Assembly: GCA_016207825.1 (NCBI GenBank)
Contig: JACQZI010000027.1
Span: 66,929-130,928 of the forward strand
Direction of reading: 5' to 3'
Length of the DNA stretch: 64,000 bases
Origin: Planctomycetota bacterium
GTDB lineage: Bacteria; Planctomycetota; MHYJ01; JACQXL01; JACQZI01
Below, piece by piece: positions 1-9,479 of this stretch. The number at the start of each line of letters is the position of its first letter. Positions within the stretch are counted from its first letter, which is position 1. The position numbers were made by a program, and so were the translations under genes. Under the pieces are notes generated by a model. It saw nothing but the letters and a program-made list of their open reading frames with translations. It had not been told where the DNA came from and made no database searches.

Positions 1-7
1 GAGCATA

Positions 8-907
8 TTGGTTAACAAAAATACGAAGGTGGTTGTCCAGGGAATAACCGGCGGCGCGGGAAGTTTCCATACGCACCACATGATGGAATACGGGACGCAA
101 ATCGTCGCCGGAGTCACGCCCAAAAAAGGCGGGACTAAGTTTTCCGCCAAAGGCGGACCCCGACAACCGTCGGGGGAGATTCAAATACCCGTTTTTGATA
201 CCGTCAAGCAGGCGGTGGATGCTACCGGAGCGGATACAAGCATCATCTTTGTGCCGGCGGCATTCTGCGCGGATGCTTTATACGAAGCAGCGGATAGTGG
301 GGTTAAACTGGTCGTTTGCATTACCGAAGGGATTCCGACGCTTGACATGGTCAAGGTCTTTAAGTTTTATAAAGATAAAGGCATCCGCTTAATCGGGCCG
401 AACTGTCCCGGCGTGATTACTCCGGGCGAGTGTAAACTGGGAATTATGCCCGGCTATATACATAAGAAAGGCTCGGTTGGCATCGTTTCCCGTAGCGGAA
501 CGCTGACATACGAAGCGGTCTGGCAGGTGACACAGCTCGGGATGGGGCAATCCACCTGTCTGGGTATCGGCGGTGACCCGATTATCGGGACGAATTTCAT
601 CGATGCGCTGGAGCTCTTCCAGAAGGATAGCGAAACCAAGTCGATTATCATGATTGGCGAAATCGGTGGGACAATGGAAGAAGAGGCCGCGGATTATATC
701 AAAAAGAGTGTCACCAAGCCCGTCGTGGCGTTTATCGCCGGGAAAACCGCTCCCAAGGGGAAACGGATGGGACACGCCGGCGCGATTATCTCCGGCGGCA
801 AAGGGACCGCCCAGGAAAAGGTGGAAAAGCTCATCAGTTGCGGAATCGCCGTGGTCCCCAACCCGGCGGAAATAGGAAAAACACTCGCTCAAGTCTTAAA
901 AGTCTAA
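8..907 (+). CDS. sucD: succinyl-CoA synthetase alpha subunit (5' partial)
   Basis: Translation matches the SucD CoA-binding/ligase fold throughout (GITGxxGxFH, [25 protein letters not shown], MGHAGAII). The ORF runs off the window start. There is a ~12-aa insertion ([12 protein letters not shown]) relative to E. coli SucD. Confidence 0.9.
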   Translation: MVNKNTKVVVQGITGGAGSFHTHHMMEYGTQIVAGVTPKKGGTKFSAKGGPRQPSGEIQIPVFDTVKQAVDATGADTSIIFVPAAFCADALYEAADSGVKLVVCITEGIPTLDMVKVFKFYKDKGIRLIGPNCPGVITPGECKLGIMPGYIHKKGSVGIVSRSGTLTYEAVWQVTQLGMGQSTCLGIGGDPIIGTNFIDALELFQKDSETKSIIMIGEIGGTMEEEAADYIKKSVTKPVVAFIAGKTAPKGKRMGHAGAIISGGKGTAQEKVEKLISCGIAVVPNPAEIGKTLAQVLKV

Positions 908-952
908 GCAGTTCATAGAGTTTTTGGGGTTTGGAGAGTTTTTAGAGTCAAT

Positions 953-1321
953 ATGGGATCAATTCAACGGTTTGAAGATATTAAAGCATGGCAAAAAGCG
1001 CGTGAATTAGTCAACGAGATTTATAAAAGCACATCAACAGGATTGTTCGCCAAAGATTTTGGGTTAAGAGATCAGATACGCAGGGCATCCGTTTCCGTAA
1101 TGCTTAATATTGCCGAAGGATTTGCCCGCAAGACCAATAAAGAATTTGCCCGGTTTCTTGTCCAGGCGCACGGCTCATGCGCGGAGGTCCAATCCGCTTT
1201 GTACATTGCTTTAGATCAGGGGTATATTACAAAAGATAAATTTTCCGGATTATATGATAGGGCGGATGAAATATCTAAGATGCTTACATCCTTTGGACGG
1301 TATCTTATAAAGACCCAATAA
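953..1321 (+). CDS. four-helix-bundle protein (23S rRNA intervening-sequence protein family)
   Basis: 122 aa that resembles TIGR02436-type four-helix bundle proteins (AWQKARELVxEIY...NIAEGF...AxGSxxEVQSxLxxA). RBS-like GGAG upstream. Confidence 0.6.
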   Translation: MGSIQRFEDIKAWQKARELVNEIYKSTSTGLFAKDFGLRDQIRRASVSVMLNIAEGFARKTNKEFARFLVQAHGSCAEVQSALYIALDQGYITKDKFSGLYDRADEISKMLTSFGRYLIKTQ

Positions 1322-1325
1322 CTCT

Positions 1326-2159
1326 ATGAACTCTAAAAACACTATAAACTTAATCAAACTTGCTCTCAACGAAGATATCGGCAAGGGGGATATTACAAGC
1401 AAATCTGTCATCCCAGCTGGCAAGAAAGTAAAAGCGTTTATCATCGCCAGGGAAGATTGTATCATATGCGGACTGCCTTTGATTAATAAGATATATAAAA
1501 AGATATCCGGTAATATAAAGATTTCCCTGAAAACACAGGATGGAAAACTGGCAAAAAAGGGGAAAGTCTTAGCAGCGCTAAAAGGACCTGCCCGGCCAAT
1601 TCTGACCGGTGAACGCACGGTTCTTAATTTCCTCCAGCGGCTTTCCGGTATTGCCACGCTGACCGATAAATTTGTTAATAAGGCTAATAAATATAAGGTG
1701 AAAATACTGGATACCAGGAAAACCGTTCCGGGCTGGCGCATGCTGGATAAATATGCGGTGAAAACAGGCGGTGGAATCAACCACCGCAAGGGATTATATG
1801 ATGCCATATTGATAAAGAATAACCATATTGATATCGCGGGCGGGATAAATAAGATTAGGCTGCCGAAAATGAAATCAGTTCCGGTCGAGATAGAAGCGAG
1901 GAACCTGGGAGAATTCAGTTTGGCGATTAAATTAAAGCCTGATATTATTATGCTCGATAATATGAAAACGGGTAATATAAAGCAGGCGGTGAAGTTACGG
2001 AATAAGTTTAATCGTAACGTCAAATTGGAAATTTCCGGCGGAGTCAACTTGGATAATGTGGAAAGCTTTGCCCGGACAGGTGTTGATTTTATTTCAGTGG
2101 GCGCCTTGACGCATTCCGCGCCGGCCGTGGATATATCGATGAAGATTTTAGCTGATTAA
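1326..2159 (+). CDS. nadC: nicotinate-nucleotide pyrophosphorylase (quinolinate phosphoribosyltransferase)
   Basis: 277 aa with NadC motifs (LTGERTVLNFLQRLSGIAT, DTRKTxPG, GGxxNHRxGLxD, ISVGALTHSA). Confidence 0.9.
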   Translation: MNSKNTINLIKLALNEDIGKGDITSKSVIPAGKKVKAFIIAREDCIICGLPLINKIYKKISGNIKISLKTQDGKLAKKGKVLAALKGPARPILTGERTVLNFLQRLSGIATLTDKFVNKANKYKVKILDTRKTVPGWRMLDKYAVKTGGGINHRKGLYDAILIKNNHIDIAGGINKIRLPKMKSVPVEIEARNLGEFSLAIKLKPDIIMLDNMKTGNIKQAVKLRNKFNRNVKLEISGGVNLDNVESFARTGVDFISVGALTHSAPAVDISMKILAD

Positions 2160-2163
2160 ATAT

Positions 2164-2189
2164 TAGCCACAAAGGCACTAAGGCACAAA
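2164..2189 (+). repeat. TTAGCCAC-(NAAGRCAC)x3 repeat, left copy flanking the GxxExxY pseudogene
   Basis: ttagccacaaaggcactaaggcacaaa. The inverted partner is at 2587-2612. Confidence 0.6.
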
Positions 2190-2578
2190 TGAATTTTAAG
2201 TCATTATCTGATAAAGAAGAGGAAATCGGAAAGAAAATTGTCGATGCCGCTTATGTGCTGCATAAAAATCTTGGGCCTGGATTGTTAGAAAAGGTTTATG
2301 AAACCTGTTTCTGTTGTGAACTCTCAAAAGAGGACTTTCATATAAAAGACAGGTGGATTTGCCCATTGTTTATGATGGAGTGACTTTTGATGAAGGATTG
2401 CGGTTAGATGTTTTGTTGAAGATTCAGTGATTTGTGAGCTTAAAGCGGTGGACATTGTGAATCCGGTTTGGGAAGCGCAATTATTAAGTTACTTAAAACT
2501 TACAGGTAAAAGGCTGGAATTTATTATTAATTTTAATGTGCCTGTTATTAAAGACGGAATTAATCGGATTATTCTATA
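2189..2578 (+). pseudogene. GxxExxY family protein, disrupted by frameshifts and an internal stop
   Basis: The N-terminal 64 aa ORF (KIVDAAYxxHxxLGPGLLExVYE) ends prematurely. The rest of the family sequence (PIVYDGVTFDEGLRLDVLL..., then ICELKAVDIVNPVWEAQLLSYLKLTGKRLEFIINFN) continues downstream in two other frames. Confidence 0.6.
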
Positions 2579-2586
2579 AAAGGTTT

Positions 2587-2612
2587 TCTTGGTGTCTTTG
2601 TGTCTTAGTGGC
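2587..2612 (-). repeat. TTAGCCAC-(NAAGRCAC)x3 repeat, right (inverted) copy
   Basis: The reverse complement reads cgccactaagacacaaagacaccaagaa. Confidence 0.6.
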
Positions 2613-2631
2613 GTAAAAGGAGAATTATATT

Positions 2632-3567
2632 ATGAAAATGGCGGTTATCGGTGCCGGGCCAATCGGTTCGATTCTGGGCGGGTATCTGGCAAAGGGCGGA
2701 CACGAAATCGCCTTTGTCGATATTCTTAAGGATCACCTTGATGCCGTTAAAGCAAAAGGACTTGTTATTTCCGGCGTGACGGAAATTAAAGCCAAAATAG
2801 CCGGGACTTACCTCAAAGCAGGCGAGCTGAAATCATTCAAACCGGAAATTATATTTATCTGCCTGAAAGCGCCGGTCGTGAAAATCATTGCTTCGGAACT
2901 ACGAACTCTTAATTCAGAACTCCAAACTATTACCTGGGTAAGCTTCCAGAACGGGCTTGAAGTGGAAAAAGACCTGGCTGATATCGCCGGAGGAGATAAA
3001 GTAATACGCGTGGTGATTAACTATGCGGGGAATCTCATCGCGCCGGGCGAGGTCAAGATGTCTTTCTTTAATAAGCCCAATTATATCGGTTCATTTAATT
3101 CTAGGGGTGAGGGCAAGGCAAAGGAAATTGCCGGTCTTATGACAAAGGCGAATTTGGATACGGAATTTGTCAGCGATATAAAGAAATACGAATGGGAAAA
3201 GGTGATTTTGAACGCCGCGTTAAGTCCGCTTTGCGCGATTACCGGAATGACCATGAAGCAGGCGATGGATTTCCCGGGAACCTACCGCCTGGTCGAAGAG
3301 GTTCTGAAGGAAGGGATTGTTGTCGCCAAAGCATTGAGCTATGATTACGGGGAGAAGTTCTTTGAGCATTGCATCGGATATCTAAAAAACGCCGGGCATC
3401 ACAAGACCTCGATGCATATCGATATAGAGGCCAAGCGCGCGACGGAGATAGATTTTATCAATAAGAAAATCGTGGATTACGGGCAGGTTAAAGGCATTAA
3501 AACGCCCTATAACGAAACGATTACGAATATCATCAAAGGAATGGAAGTCAGAAACCTCGGCAAGTAA
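2632..3567 (+). CDS. panE: 2-dehydropantoate 2-reductase (ketopantoate reductase)
   Basis: N-terminal Rossmann motif MKxAVIGAGxIGS. ApbA/PanE-like length and C-terminal domain. Confidence 0.75.
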   Translation: MKMAVIGAGPIGSILGGYLAKGGHEIAFVDILKDHLDAVKAKGLVISGVTEIKAKIAGTYLKAGELKSFKPEIIFICLKAPVVKIIASELRTLNSELQTITWVSFQNGLEVEKDLADIAGGDKVIRVVINYAGNLIAPGEVKMSFFNKPNYIGSFNSRGEGKAKEIAGLMTKANLDTEFVSDIKKYEWEKVILNAALSPLCAITGMTMKQAMDFPGTYRLVEEVLKEGIVVAKALSYDYGEKFFEHCIGYLKNAGHHKTSMHIDIEAKRATEIDFINKKIVDYGQVKGIKTPYNETITNIIKGMEVRNLGK

Positions 3568-3572
3568 TCCGC

Positions 3573-3779
3573 TTAGGCCTTTTCCGCTTTTCCGTTCTTG
3601 ATAATCAATCCGTTCTCGCCGATATCGTTATTTTCTTCCGCGGGGTCTTCCTTTGAACCGGCGCTTTTGCCGCAGGAAGGACAGGTGTAATGTTTGCTCG
3701 GTAATTCTTTGCCATCTTTAATAACCGTAATGGCAAAAGGCGGCAGGCTTACTCCGCAACGCATACAGAAAGTGACCAT
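3573..3779 (-). CDS. small zinc-ribbon protein
   Basis: 68 aa with CxxC...CxxC (CMRCG...CPSCG). Confidence 0.4.
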   Translation of the reverse strand: MVTFCMRCGVSLPPFAITVIKDGKELPSKHYTCPSCGKSAGSKEDPAEENNDIGENGLIIKNGKAEKA

Positions 3780-3790
3780 ATTTTTTTCTC

Positions 3791-4648
3791 CTATATTAAG
3801 TTAACAATCAATGTTTTTAAAGCAAGATCGTCTGGCATCACGCTGGTTTTGATTACCTTATCCGTTTGAATGAGCTTTGCGATTTTATCCTTCTGGTTCT
3901 TACTGGGATTTGTTTTATAGTGCCATCCGAGGAAACCGATAATCCTTTCGGATGATTCACCCAGAGCTAAAAGCCTGTCCAGCTCCGCCAGGGCAGATTC
4001 CGTTTGCCCGTTTCTGATGTGAGAGACGAGTTTTTTAATATCACCTTCTATCCCGGAATCCACTAAGCCCAGGATATCGTTTTCTTCGATAGTTGCGCGG
4101 GTGCCGGCAAAGAGAATTATTTTTTTAAGAGTATCGTCGATGAGCGTAAGATTGTTTCCGGTATATTCGGAAATTAATTTTGCGGTTGAACGCGCCATTG
4201 ATTTGCCGTAACCGGATACTTGTAAAATAATCCATTTAGGCAGTTCATAATCCGGGATAGATTGGCATTCTATTTGCAAAACCGTTTTTTCCGGCAGATT
4301 CAAAGCCGTATTGGTTTTGATAATCAAGATAATATAACCAGACGGTTGTTTGAGGTATGTGTCCAGGGTGGTTTTTACCTCCTCACGGAATTTGGGGTCG
4401 CCGGACAGCTCAAGCACGACCAGCTTCTTTTTAGCGAAGAAAGGCAGTGCGCAGAGTTCGGTGAGTAGATTAGCTGATGTATAATTTTCCTGCCTGAAAA
4501 ACGATGCGATGTCCATATCAGGATAAAGAGATTTTATGGCCTCAATTCCTTTATCTTTCAGGAAATCTTCCGTTCCGCTGAACATGAATACGGGCCGCGC
4601 CGGTAATTTGCCCCGCGCAATAGAGGAAAGAAAATCATAGTAGTTCAT
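3791..4648 (-). CDS. holA: DNA polymerase III delta subunit-like
   Basis: 285 aa. The N-terminus (PVFMFSGTEDFLKDKGIEAIK) and overall architecture resemble HolA. Confidence 0.55.
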   Translation of the reverse strand: MNYYDFLSSIARGKLPARPVFMFSGTEDFLKDKGIEAIKSLYPDMDIASFFRQENYTSANLLTELCALPFFAKKKLVVLELSGDPKFREEVKTTLDTYLKQPSGYIILIIKTNTALNLPEKTVLQIECQSIPDYELPKWIILQVSGYGKSMARSTAKLISEYTGNNLTLIDDTLKKIILFAGTRATIEENDILGLVDSGIEGDIKKLVSHIRNGQTESALAELDRLLALGESSERIIGFLGWHYKTNPSKNQKDKIAKLIQTDKVIKTSVMPDDLALKTLIVNLI

Positions 4649-4731
4649 ACGCCAATATTTTACCAGAAATTACCGGAGTGTCCAGAGAAATTTATAGAAT
4701 TACTTTGAGTTTCTGATATATTAATGATTAA

Positions 4732-5373
4732 TTGAAAATAATGCAATCAGATTACAATGATTTCTGGCAAAAGCATATTGGAGTAAAAGGCAAGCGTTTC
4801 GGCTGGTTCCGCCGCAAGCGCTATGCGGTGCTGGCGAAATTATTTCCGCGTTTCATGCTTAAACGGTTCCCGGCGCGTAAATACCATCTGGGCGTGGCAT
4901 CCATATCAGAAGGCGATTTTTGCGATATCGGCTCCGGGCTGGGGGGCGCTACCGCGTTGTATAATGCTTTAAGTAATAAACCGGCTGTAGGAATTGATAT
5001 ATCTGTTGAGGCGGTTTCATTTGCCCAAAGCGAAAAGAAACGGCTTGGGTTTAAGAAAGTCCGGTTTGCGGTAAGCGATGTGTTTCGCACGCCTTTTAAG
5101 GATAATTCGTTTGATACGGTTTATCTCGGCCAGATTTTGGAACATCTGCCGGATGAGCATAAATCTTTGCGCGAGGCCTGTCGGATATTAAAACCAAACG
5201 GTTTATTAGTGATTACGGTTCCCAAAGAAGATATGCTGCCGAGCCCTTATCATGTTAGGGAGTATACTACAGACAGCCTGAAAAACCTGCTTAAGCCTTA
5301 CAGCAATGAAGAAATCGCTTTTTACGACTTTGACAAAACGCGGTTGGCCGCTTCGCTCAGGATTAAAAAATGA
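4732..5373 (+). CDS. class I SAM-dependent methyltransferase
   Basis: Motif I DIGSGLGG plus a Methyltransf_11-like motif II/III (LKPNGLLVITVP). Confidence 0.75.
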   Translation: MKIMQSDYNDFWQKHIGVKGKRFGWFRRKRYAVLAKLFPRFMLKRFPARKYHLGVASISEGDFCDIGSGLGGATALYNALSNKPAVGIDISVEAVSFAQSEKKRLGFKKVRFAVSDVFRTPFKDNSFDTVYLGQILEHLPDEHKSLREACRILKPNGLLVITVPKEDMLPSPYHVREYTTDSLKNLLKPYSNEEIAFYDFDKTRLAASLRIKK

Positions 5374-5458
5374 CTATGTTTATAAGTTATTTTATTTGAC
5401 TTACTATGGGAATAACCTAAAATCTAAACTCAACATTAAATATGTAAAGGAGATTAAT

Positions 5459-6472
5459 ATGGTGAAGAAAAGCGTTATCGGCGGAATAATCGCTGCGTTA
5501 CTAATTTGCGTAACGCAATCCGCGCTTTTTGCCGGAGACGGGTGGCTTACTTCGTTTGATAAAGGCAAGGAAATTGCCAAGAAGGAGAAGAAAGACATCA
5601 TCGTTGATTTTACCGGCTCTGATTGGTGCGGCTGGTGCATCCAGTTGCATGAAGAAGTGTTTTCAACCGATAAGTGGAAAAAAGAAGGTTCCAAAAAATA
5701 TGTTATGGTCAGCCTGGATTTCCCCCGCAACAAGCAAATGCCTGAAGATGAAAAGAAAGCTAATGATAAGTTAATGAAACTGTTCGGTGTAGAAGGCTTC
5801 CCGACTATTTTCCTGGTTGATTCGGATGGCAAACCCTATGCCAAGACCGGTTACCAGAAGGGCGGGCCGGAAAATTATCTCAAGCACTTGGGCGAGCTTT
5901 CCAAGCAAAAAGAAACAAGAGATAATATAATGTCCGAAATAAAGAAAGCAGAAAAAGAAGAAAGCCTTAAATTGCTGGATGAGCTTATAGGCAAGCTTAA
6001 GGAGTGGGGTGTTGATGGGGCTTATGTTGAGACAAAAGAAGAAATTGTCGGCCTGGATTCGGACAATAAAAACGGGATGAAACTTAAATATTCCGTAGAA
6101 CTTACATATTATTACCGCAAAGCAGGGGAACCCGATAAGAGTAATGCGTATCTGAATGAAGTGGAAAAATTAAGCGAAGGTGAAGCCTCTAGTATAAAAA
6201 TGGATTTTAAGATAGAGGAAATAGAAGCGAAATACCTCCAAGGGCAGAAACCTGATTTCGAAGGCGCAAAAAAGGCTTTGAACGAGCTTATTAAAGACAA
6301 CAAAAAAGGGAAAATTGCGCAAAAGGTTTATTTTGAGATTGCCGGAATAGATTATCAGCTTAAGAATAACGAAGCGTGCATTAAGGATTTGGAAAACGCC
6401 TTAAATGCCGCCCCTGATTCAGAGCTTGCCAGCCAGATTAAAGGTATATTAAAGGAAAAGTTTAATAAATAA
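5459..6472 (+). CDS. secreted thioredoxin-like protein (WCGWC active site) with C-terminal helical domain
   Basis: Signal peptide, then DFTGSDWCGWCIQL (CxxC) and FPTIFLVDSDGKP. RBS aaggag 8 nt upstream of ATG 5459. Confidence 0.7.
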   Translation: MVKKSVIGGIIAALLICVTQSALFAGDGWLTSFDKGKEIAKKEKKDIIVDFTGSDWCGWCIQLHEEVFSTDKWKKEGSKKYVMVSLDFPRNKQMPEDEKKANDKLMKLFGVEGFPTIFLVDSDGKPYAKTGYQKGGPENYLKHLGELSKQKETRDNIMSEIKKAEKEESLKLLDELIGKLKEWGVDGAYVETKEEIVGLDSDNKNGMKLKYSVELTYYYRKAGEPDKSNAYLNEVEKLSEGEASSIKMDFKIEEIEAKYLQGQKPDFEGAKKALNELIKDNKKGKIAQKVYFEIAGIDYQLKNNEACIKDLENALNAAPDSELASQIKGILKEKFNK

Positions 6473-6604
6473 ATTCTCAATAGGATATATCCGCATTACC
6501 GATAGTCATTAAAGGTGCGCCTTTAAAGACGCTCCCGCCAGATGCGGGAAATCTTTAAGGGCACCAGCCTCTTTTTAGAAGTTTCCTTTGGCATAAATAA
6601 ATCT

Positions 6605-8827
6605 ATGCTTGATTTATCTGTTGTCATTATAAACCGCAATACCCGGGATTCTGTTTTAGAGTGCTTGTCATCAATCGCAAATAATGTTAAAGAAATTACC
6701 TGTGAAATAATAGTGGTGGATAATAATTCCACGGATGGCAGCGTTCAGGCGATAAAGGAAAAGCATCCGCAGGTAAAAATACTGGAAAATGAATCCAACG
6801 TCGGTTTTGCCTATGCGGTAAATCAGGGTTTGAAGGAGGCAAAAGGACGTTATTACCTGAGCCTTAACAGCGATACGCAGCTTACCCCGGGCGCTTTGGA
6901 GAAAATGGTCCGGTTTATGGATGAAAACCTGTCCGTCGGTATGGCCGGCGCGCAGTTGGTTAAAGAAAACGGAGAGCCGCAAAACTCATTCGATAATTTC
7001 CCCGGAATTATTTCCACCTTGTTCAATAAAAGCGTGTTACGGTTGCTATTCCCATCCAGCTATGCTGGTAAAAATATCGCCCGTGATGAGGGTATCCCTT
7101 TTGAAGTGGAATCGCTGGTCGGCGCCTGCATGATAATCCGGCCTTCGGCGTTGGACAAGACAGGCTGGTTTGACCAGGATTATTTCGTTTTCCTGGAAGA
7201 AACAGATTTATGCCTCAGGATGCGCAAAGCTGGTCTGAAAGTAATGGTTATCCCTCAAGCCAAGGTGTTCCATTTCCAGGGCGAAACTAAAAAACAGACC
7301 CTGATACCGGCAAAAGTGGAATATCTCGTGTCTCTTTACAAATATTTTCGCAAGAATAGTTCTCTTTCTGTTTACCGGATAATCAGGATCACTTATCCTT
7401 TCCGTTTATTATGCCAGTCTGTTTTTACCTTTATAGGGTGTGTCTTTACCATCGGGCTGGTTAAACATGTAAGAATTCAATGCTATACATATTCTTATCT
7501 TTTCCTTTGGCATCTTTTATGGTGCCCTGAAGAGATGAGCCTGAAAGGAATCAGCGAAAAACTTAAGCAAATGCCCAAAACCGTGCCTATTAAGTGGGTT
7601 ATCCAGGATGTCTATCTGGATACGGATGATTTGCCGGTAGAGCTTGATATAAACCGGATGCCTTACAAACAGGGGTTTGAAAGCACATTGCTGAAAGAGA
7701 CCAGGCTAAAAAGGCTGGTAAGATTTAAAACCCCCTTGGGGCGCAGTTACCTTATAAAAATGTATAAGGATATTCATCCTTTCAGTTGGCTGAAAAACAG
7801 GGTAAGCGGAGATAAAGCAATGAGGGATTTGGTTCTTGCCAGGAAGATTTCTTATCTTGGCATTCCCAATGTCGTTCCCGTGGCCGTCGGATTTAACGAC
7901 AAATTGCCATGGACGCCGAAGTATTATATCGCGGTAACGAGAGAACTTGAAAATGCCTGCGGATTAAACAACTACCTTTCGCGCCATCCGCTTGCGGCAT
8001 ACCTGCCGTATAATCAGAACATAAGGAGAAGGGTGGTTAAGGCTTGGGGACAGATGGCAGGCAAGATACATCAGCGTGGAATCCTGCAAGATGATTTTGA
8101 CCCTAACAATATTGTCCTGCAGTTTAAAGGGGGAGACGCAGAGTTCTATCTTTTCCTGGTGGATTTTGAAAGGGTAAAAATACTTAAAAAGCTTTTGCTT
8201 AACCAGCAAATACACAGTCTGGCAAAACTGAGCCGTTTAAGCGTAGGGATTAACAATACGGACCGCCTGACATTTTTAAAGGGCTATCTTAATACGGATA
8301 ATAAAACAATAATCAAAACATGGATAAAACAGATTAAAAAAGAGTATGATAATAACAAGCTAAAAGATTATTTATGGGCGGAAAAAGTAAGCCTTTTGGA
8401 AAGCAGCCGTATCGGAAGGCATAACACCAAAGAGTTCACGGTATTCTACCGTAAGAAATATCCGGAGAATATGAGGCCGGGTTTTAACGAAAGCGAAATT
8501 ATTGCTTTGCTTCGGCGAATAAAAGAGGGGAATACCGTTTTCGGCCCTTTTATGTTTATCAGGGGAAATAAAGAAGTCGTTGGGTTGTCGGCAAAAGCGT
8601 TCCCCCATTACAAAACAGCAAAAAATATATGGCAAAATCTGAATGCTTTATTGAGGATTTATACCGTGCCGGCACTTCCGGTTGCGTTGATAAAGGATAA
8701 AAAGAGTTTTAATAAAGGAATAATCGTCTTCGAGCCGATAAACCTAAATCGCTATGTTTCCGGGTTCTTCGTCAATCCAAAGATTCAAGAAAGATTGACA
8801 GGAATAAATAATATTGGTATAAAGTGA
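6605..8827 (+). CDS. fusion protein: family-2 glycosyltransferase (N-term) + lipopolysaccharide-kinase (Kdo/WaaP)-like domain (C-term)
   Basis: N-term: LSVVIINRNTRD...VVDNNSTDGS...DTQL (GT2 DxD region). A central hydrophobic segment follows. C-term: kinase-like catalytic region QDDFDPNNIVL and FLVDFE (an HRD/DFG-like arrangement typical of the PF06293 LPS kinase family). Confidence 0.6.
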   Translation: MLDLSVVIINRNTRDSVLECLSSIANNVKEITCEIIVVDNNSTDGSVQAIKEKHPQVKILENESNVGFAYAVNQGLKEAKGRYYLSLNSDTQLTPGALEKMVRFMDENLSVGMAGAQLVKENGEPQNSFDNFPGIISTLFNKSVLRLLFPSSYAGKNIARDEGIPFEVESLVGACMIIRPSALDKTGWFDQDYFVFLEETDLCLRMRKAGLKVMVIPQAKVFHFQGETKKQTLIPAKVEYLVSLYKYFRKNSSLSVYRIIRITYPFRLLCQSVFTFIGCVFTIGLVKHVRIQCYTYSYLFLWHLLWCPEEMSLKGISEKLKQMPKTVPIKWVIQDVYLDTDDLPVELDINRMPYKQGFESTLLKETRLKRLVRFKTPLGRSYLIKMYKDIHPFSWLKNRVSGDKAMRDLVLARKISYLGIPNVVPVAVGFNDKLPWTPKYYIAVTRELENACGLNNYLSRHPLAAYLPYNQNIRRRVVKAWGQMAGKIHQRGILQDDFDPNNIVLQFKGGDAEFYLFLVDFERVKILKKLLLNQQIHSLAKLSRLSVGINNTDRLTFLKGYLNTDNKTIIKTWIKQIKKEYDNNKLKDYLWAEKVSLLESSRIGRHNTKEFTVFYRKKYPENMRPGFNESEIIALLRRIKEGNTVFGPFMFIRGNKEVVGLSAKAFPHYKTAKNIWQNLNALLRIYTVPALPVALIKDKKSFNKGIIVFEPINLNRYVSGFFVNPKIQERLTGINNIGIK

Positions 8828-8871
8828 GCTTTTATCCCGTTCCCGTTATTCCGCCAAGACGGGATAACGGG

Positions 8872-8944
8872 GCTGGGATAGCTCAACAGTAGAGCACCGG
8901 TTTTGTAAACCGGTGGTTGCGGGTGCGAATCCCGCTCCCAGCTT
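8872..8944 (+). tRNA. tRNA-Thr (anticodon TGT)
   Basis: Cloverleaf by eye: acceptor GCTGGGA/TCCCAGC, D-arm GCTC/GAGC, anticodon stem CCGGT/ACCGG with loop TTTGTAA, T-arm GCGGG/CCCGC. Confidence 0.85.
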
Positions 8945-9050
8945 TGATAAAGAAGCTGGCAGAAAACAGTAGTCAGTAAACAGTGTGTTTTTCCTTTGGG
9001 GCGGATATAAAGCTGATTACTAATTACTGCTTACTGGTTACTCTTTTAAC

Positions 9051-9132
9051 GGGCAGGTACCCAAGTGGTCAAAGGGGACAGACTGTAAATCTGTTGGCGA
9101 TGCCTTCGGGGGTTCAAATCCCTCCCTGCCCA
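9051..9132 (+). tRNA. tRNA-Tyr (anticodon GTA)
   Basis: Acceptor GGGCAGG/CCTGCCC, anticodon stem ACAGA/TCTGT with loop CTGTAAA, long variable arm, T-loop TTCAAAT. Confidence 0.85.
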
Positions 9133-9203
9133 ATATTTAACTAATAATAAAATAATTCATAACTCGAAACTTTTTTTCCGTTACGAGTTGTCAGGTGAAG
9201 ATT

Positions 9204-9277
9204 GCGGGCGTTGCTTAATGGTAAAGCTCCAGCCTTCCAAGCTGGTCACGTGGGTTCGATTCCCATCGCCCGCTCCA
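9204..9277 (+). tRNA. tRNA-Gly (anticodon TCC), CCA encoded
   Basis: Acceptor GCGGGCG/CGCCCGC, anticodon stem CCAGC/GCTGG with loop CTTCCAA, T-loop TTCGATT, 3' CCA. Confidence 0.85.
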
Positions 9278-9360
9278 GAAGAAATTTATAACTAAATTAT
9301 AATATTTATCTTGACACTTTTGCTTAAAATAAATATACTTCTTAATTCTGTTATTTACAC

Positions 9361-9434
9361 GCTGTTGTAGCTCAGCTGGTAGAGCACGTCCTTGGTAAGG
9401 ACGAGGTCATGGGTTCAAGTCCCATCAACAGCTT
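9361..9434 (+). tRNA. tRNA-Thr (anticodon GGT)
   Basis: Acceptor GCTGTTG/CAACAGC, anticodon stem GTCCT/AGGAC with loop TGGTAAG, T-loop TTCAAGT. Confidence 0.85.
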
Positions 9435-9479
9435 GGTATAAGAGCTAATTGAAAAACAAATTATTAGGAGGATTTAAAA

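Noticed and set aside
8-907. Whether the 12-aa insertion means this is an ATP-citrate lyase or other ligase rather than SucD
   Set aside because: Length (~300 aa) and motif order match SucD alpha, and the insertion is in a surface loop region. Kept as sucD with a note.
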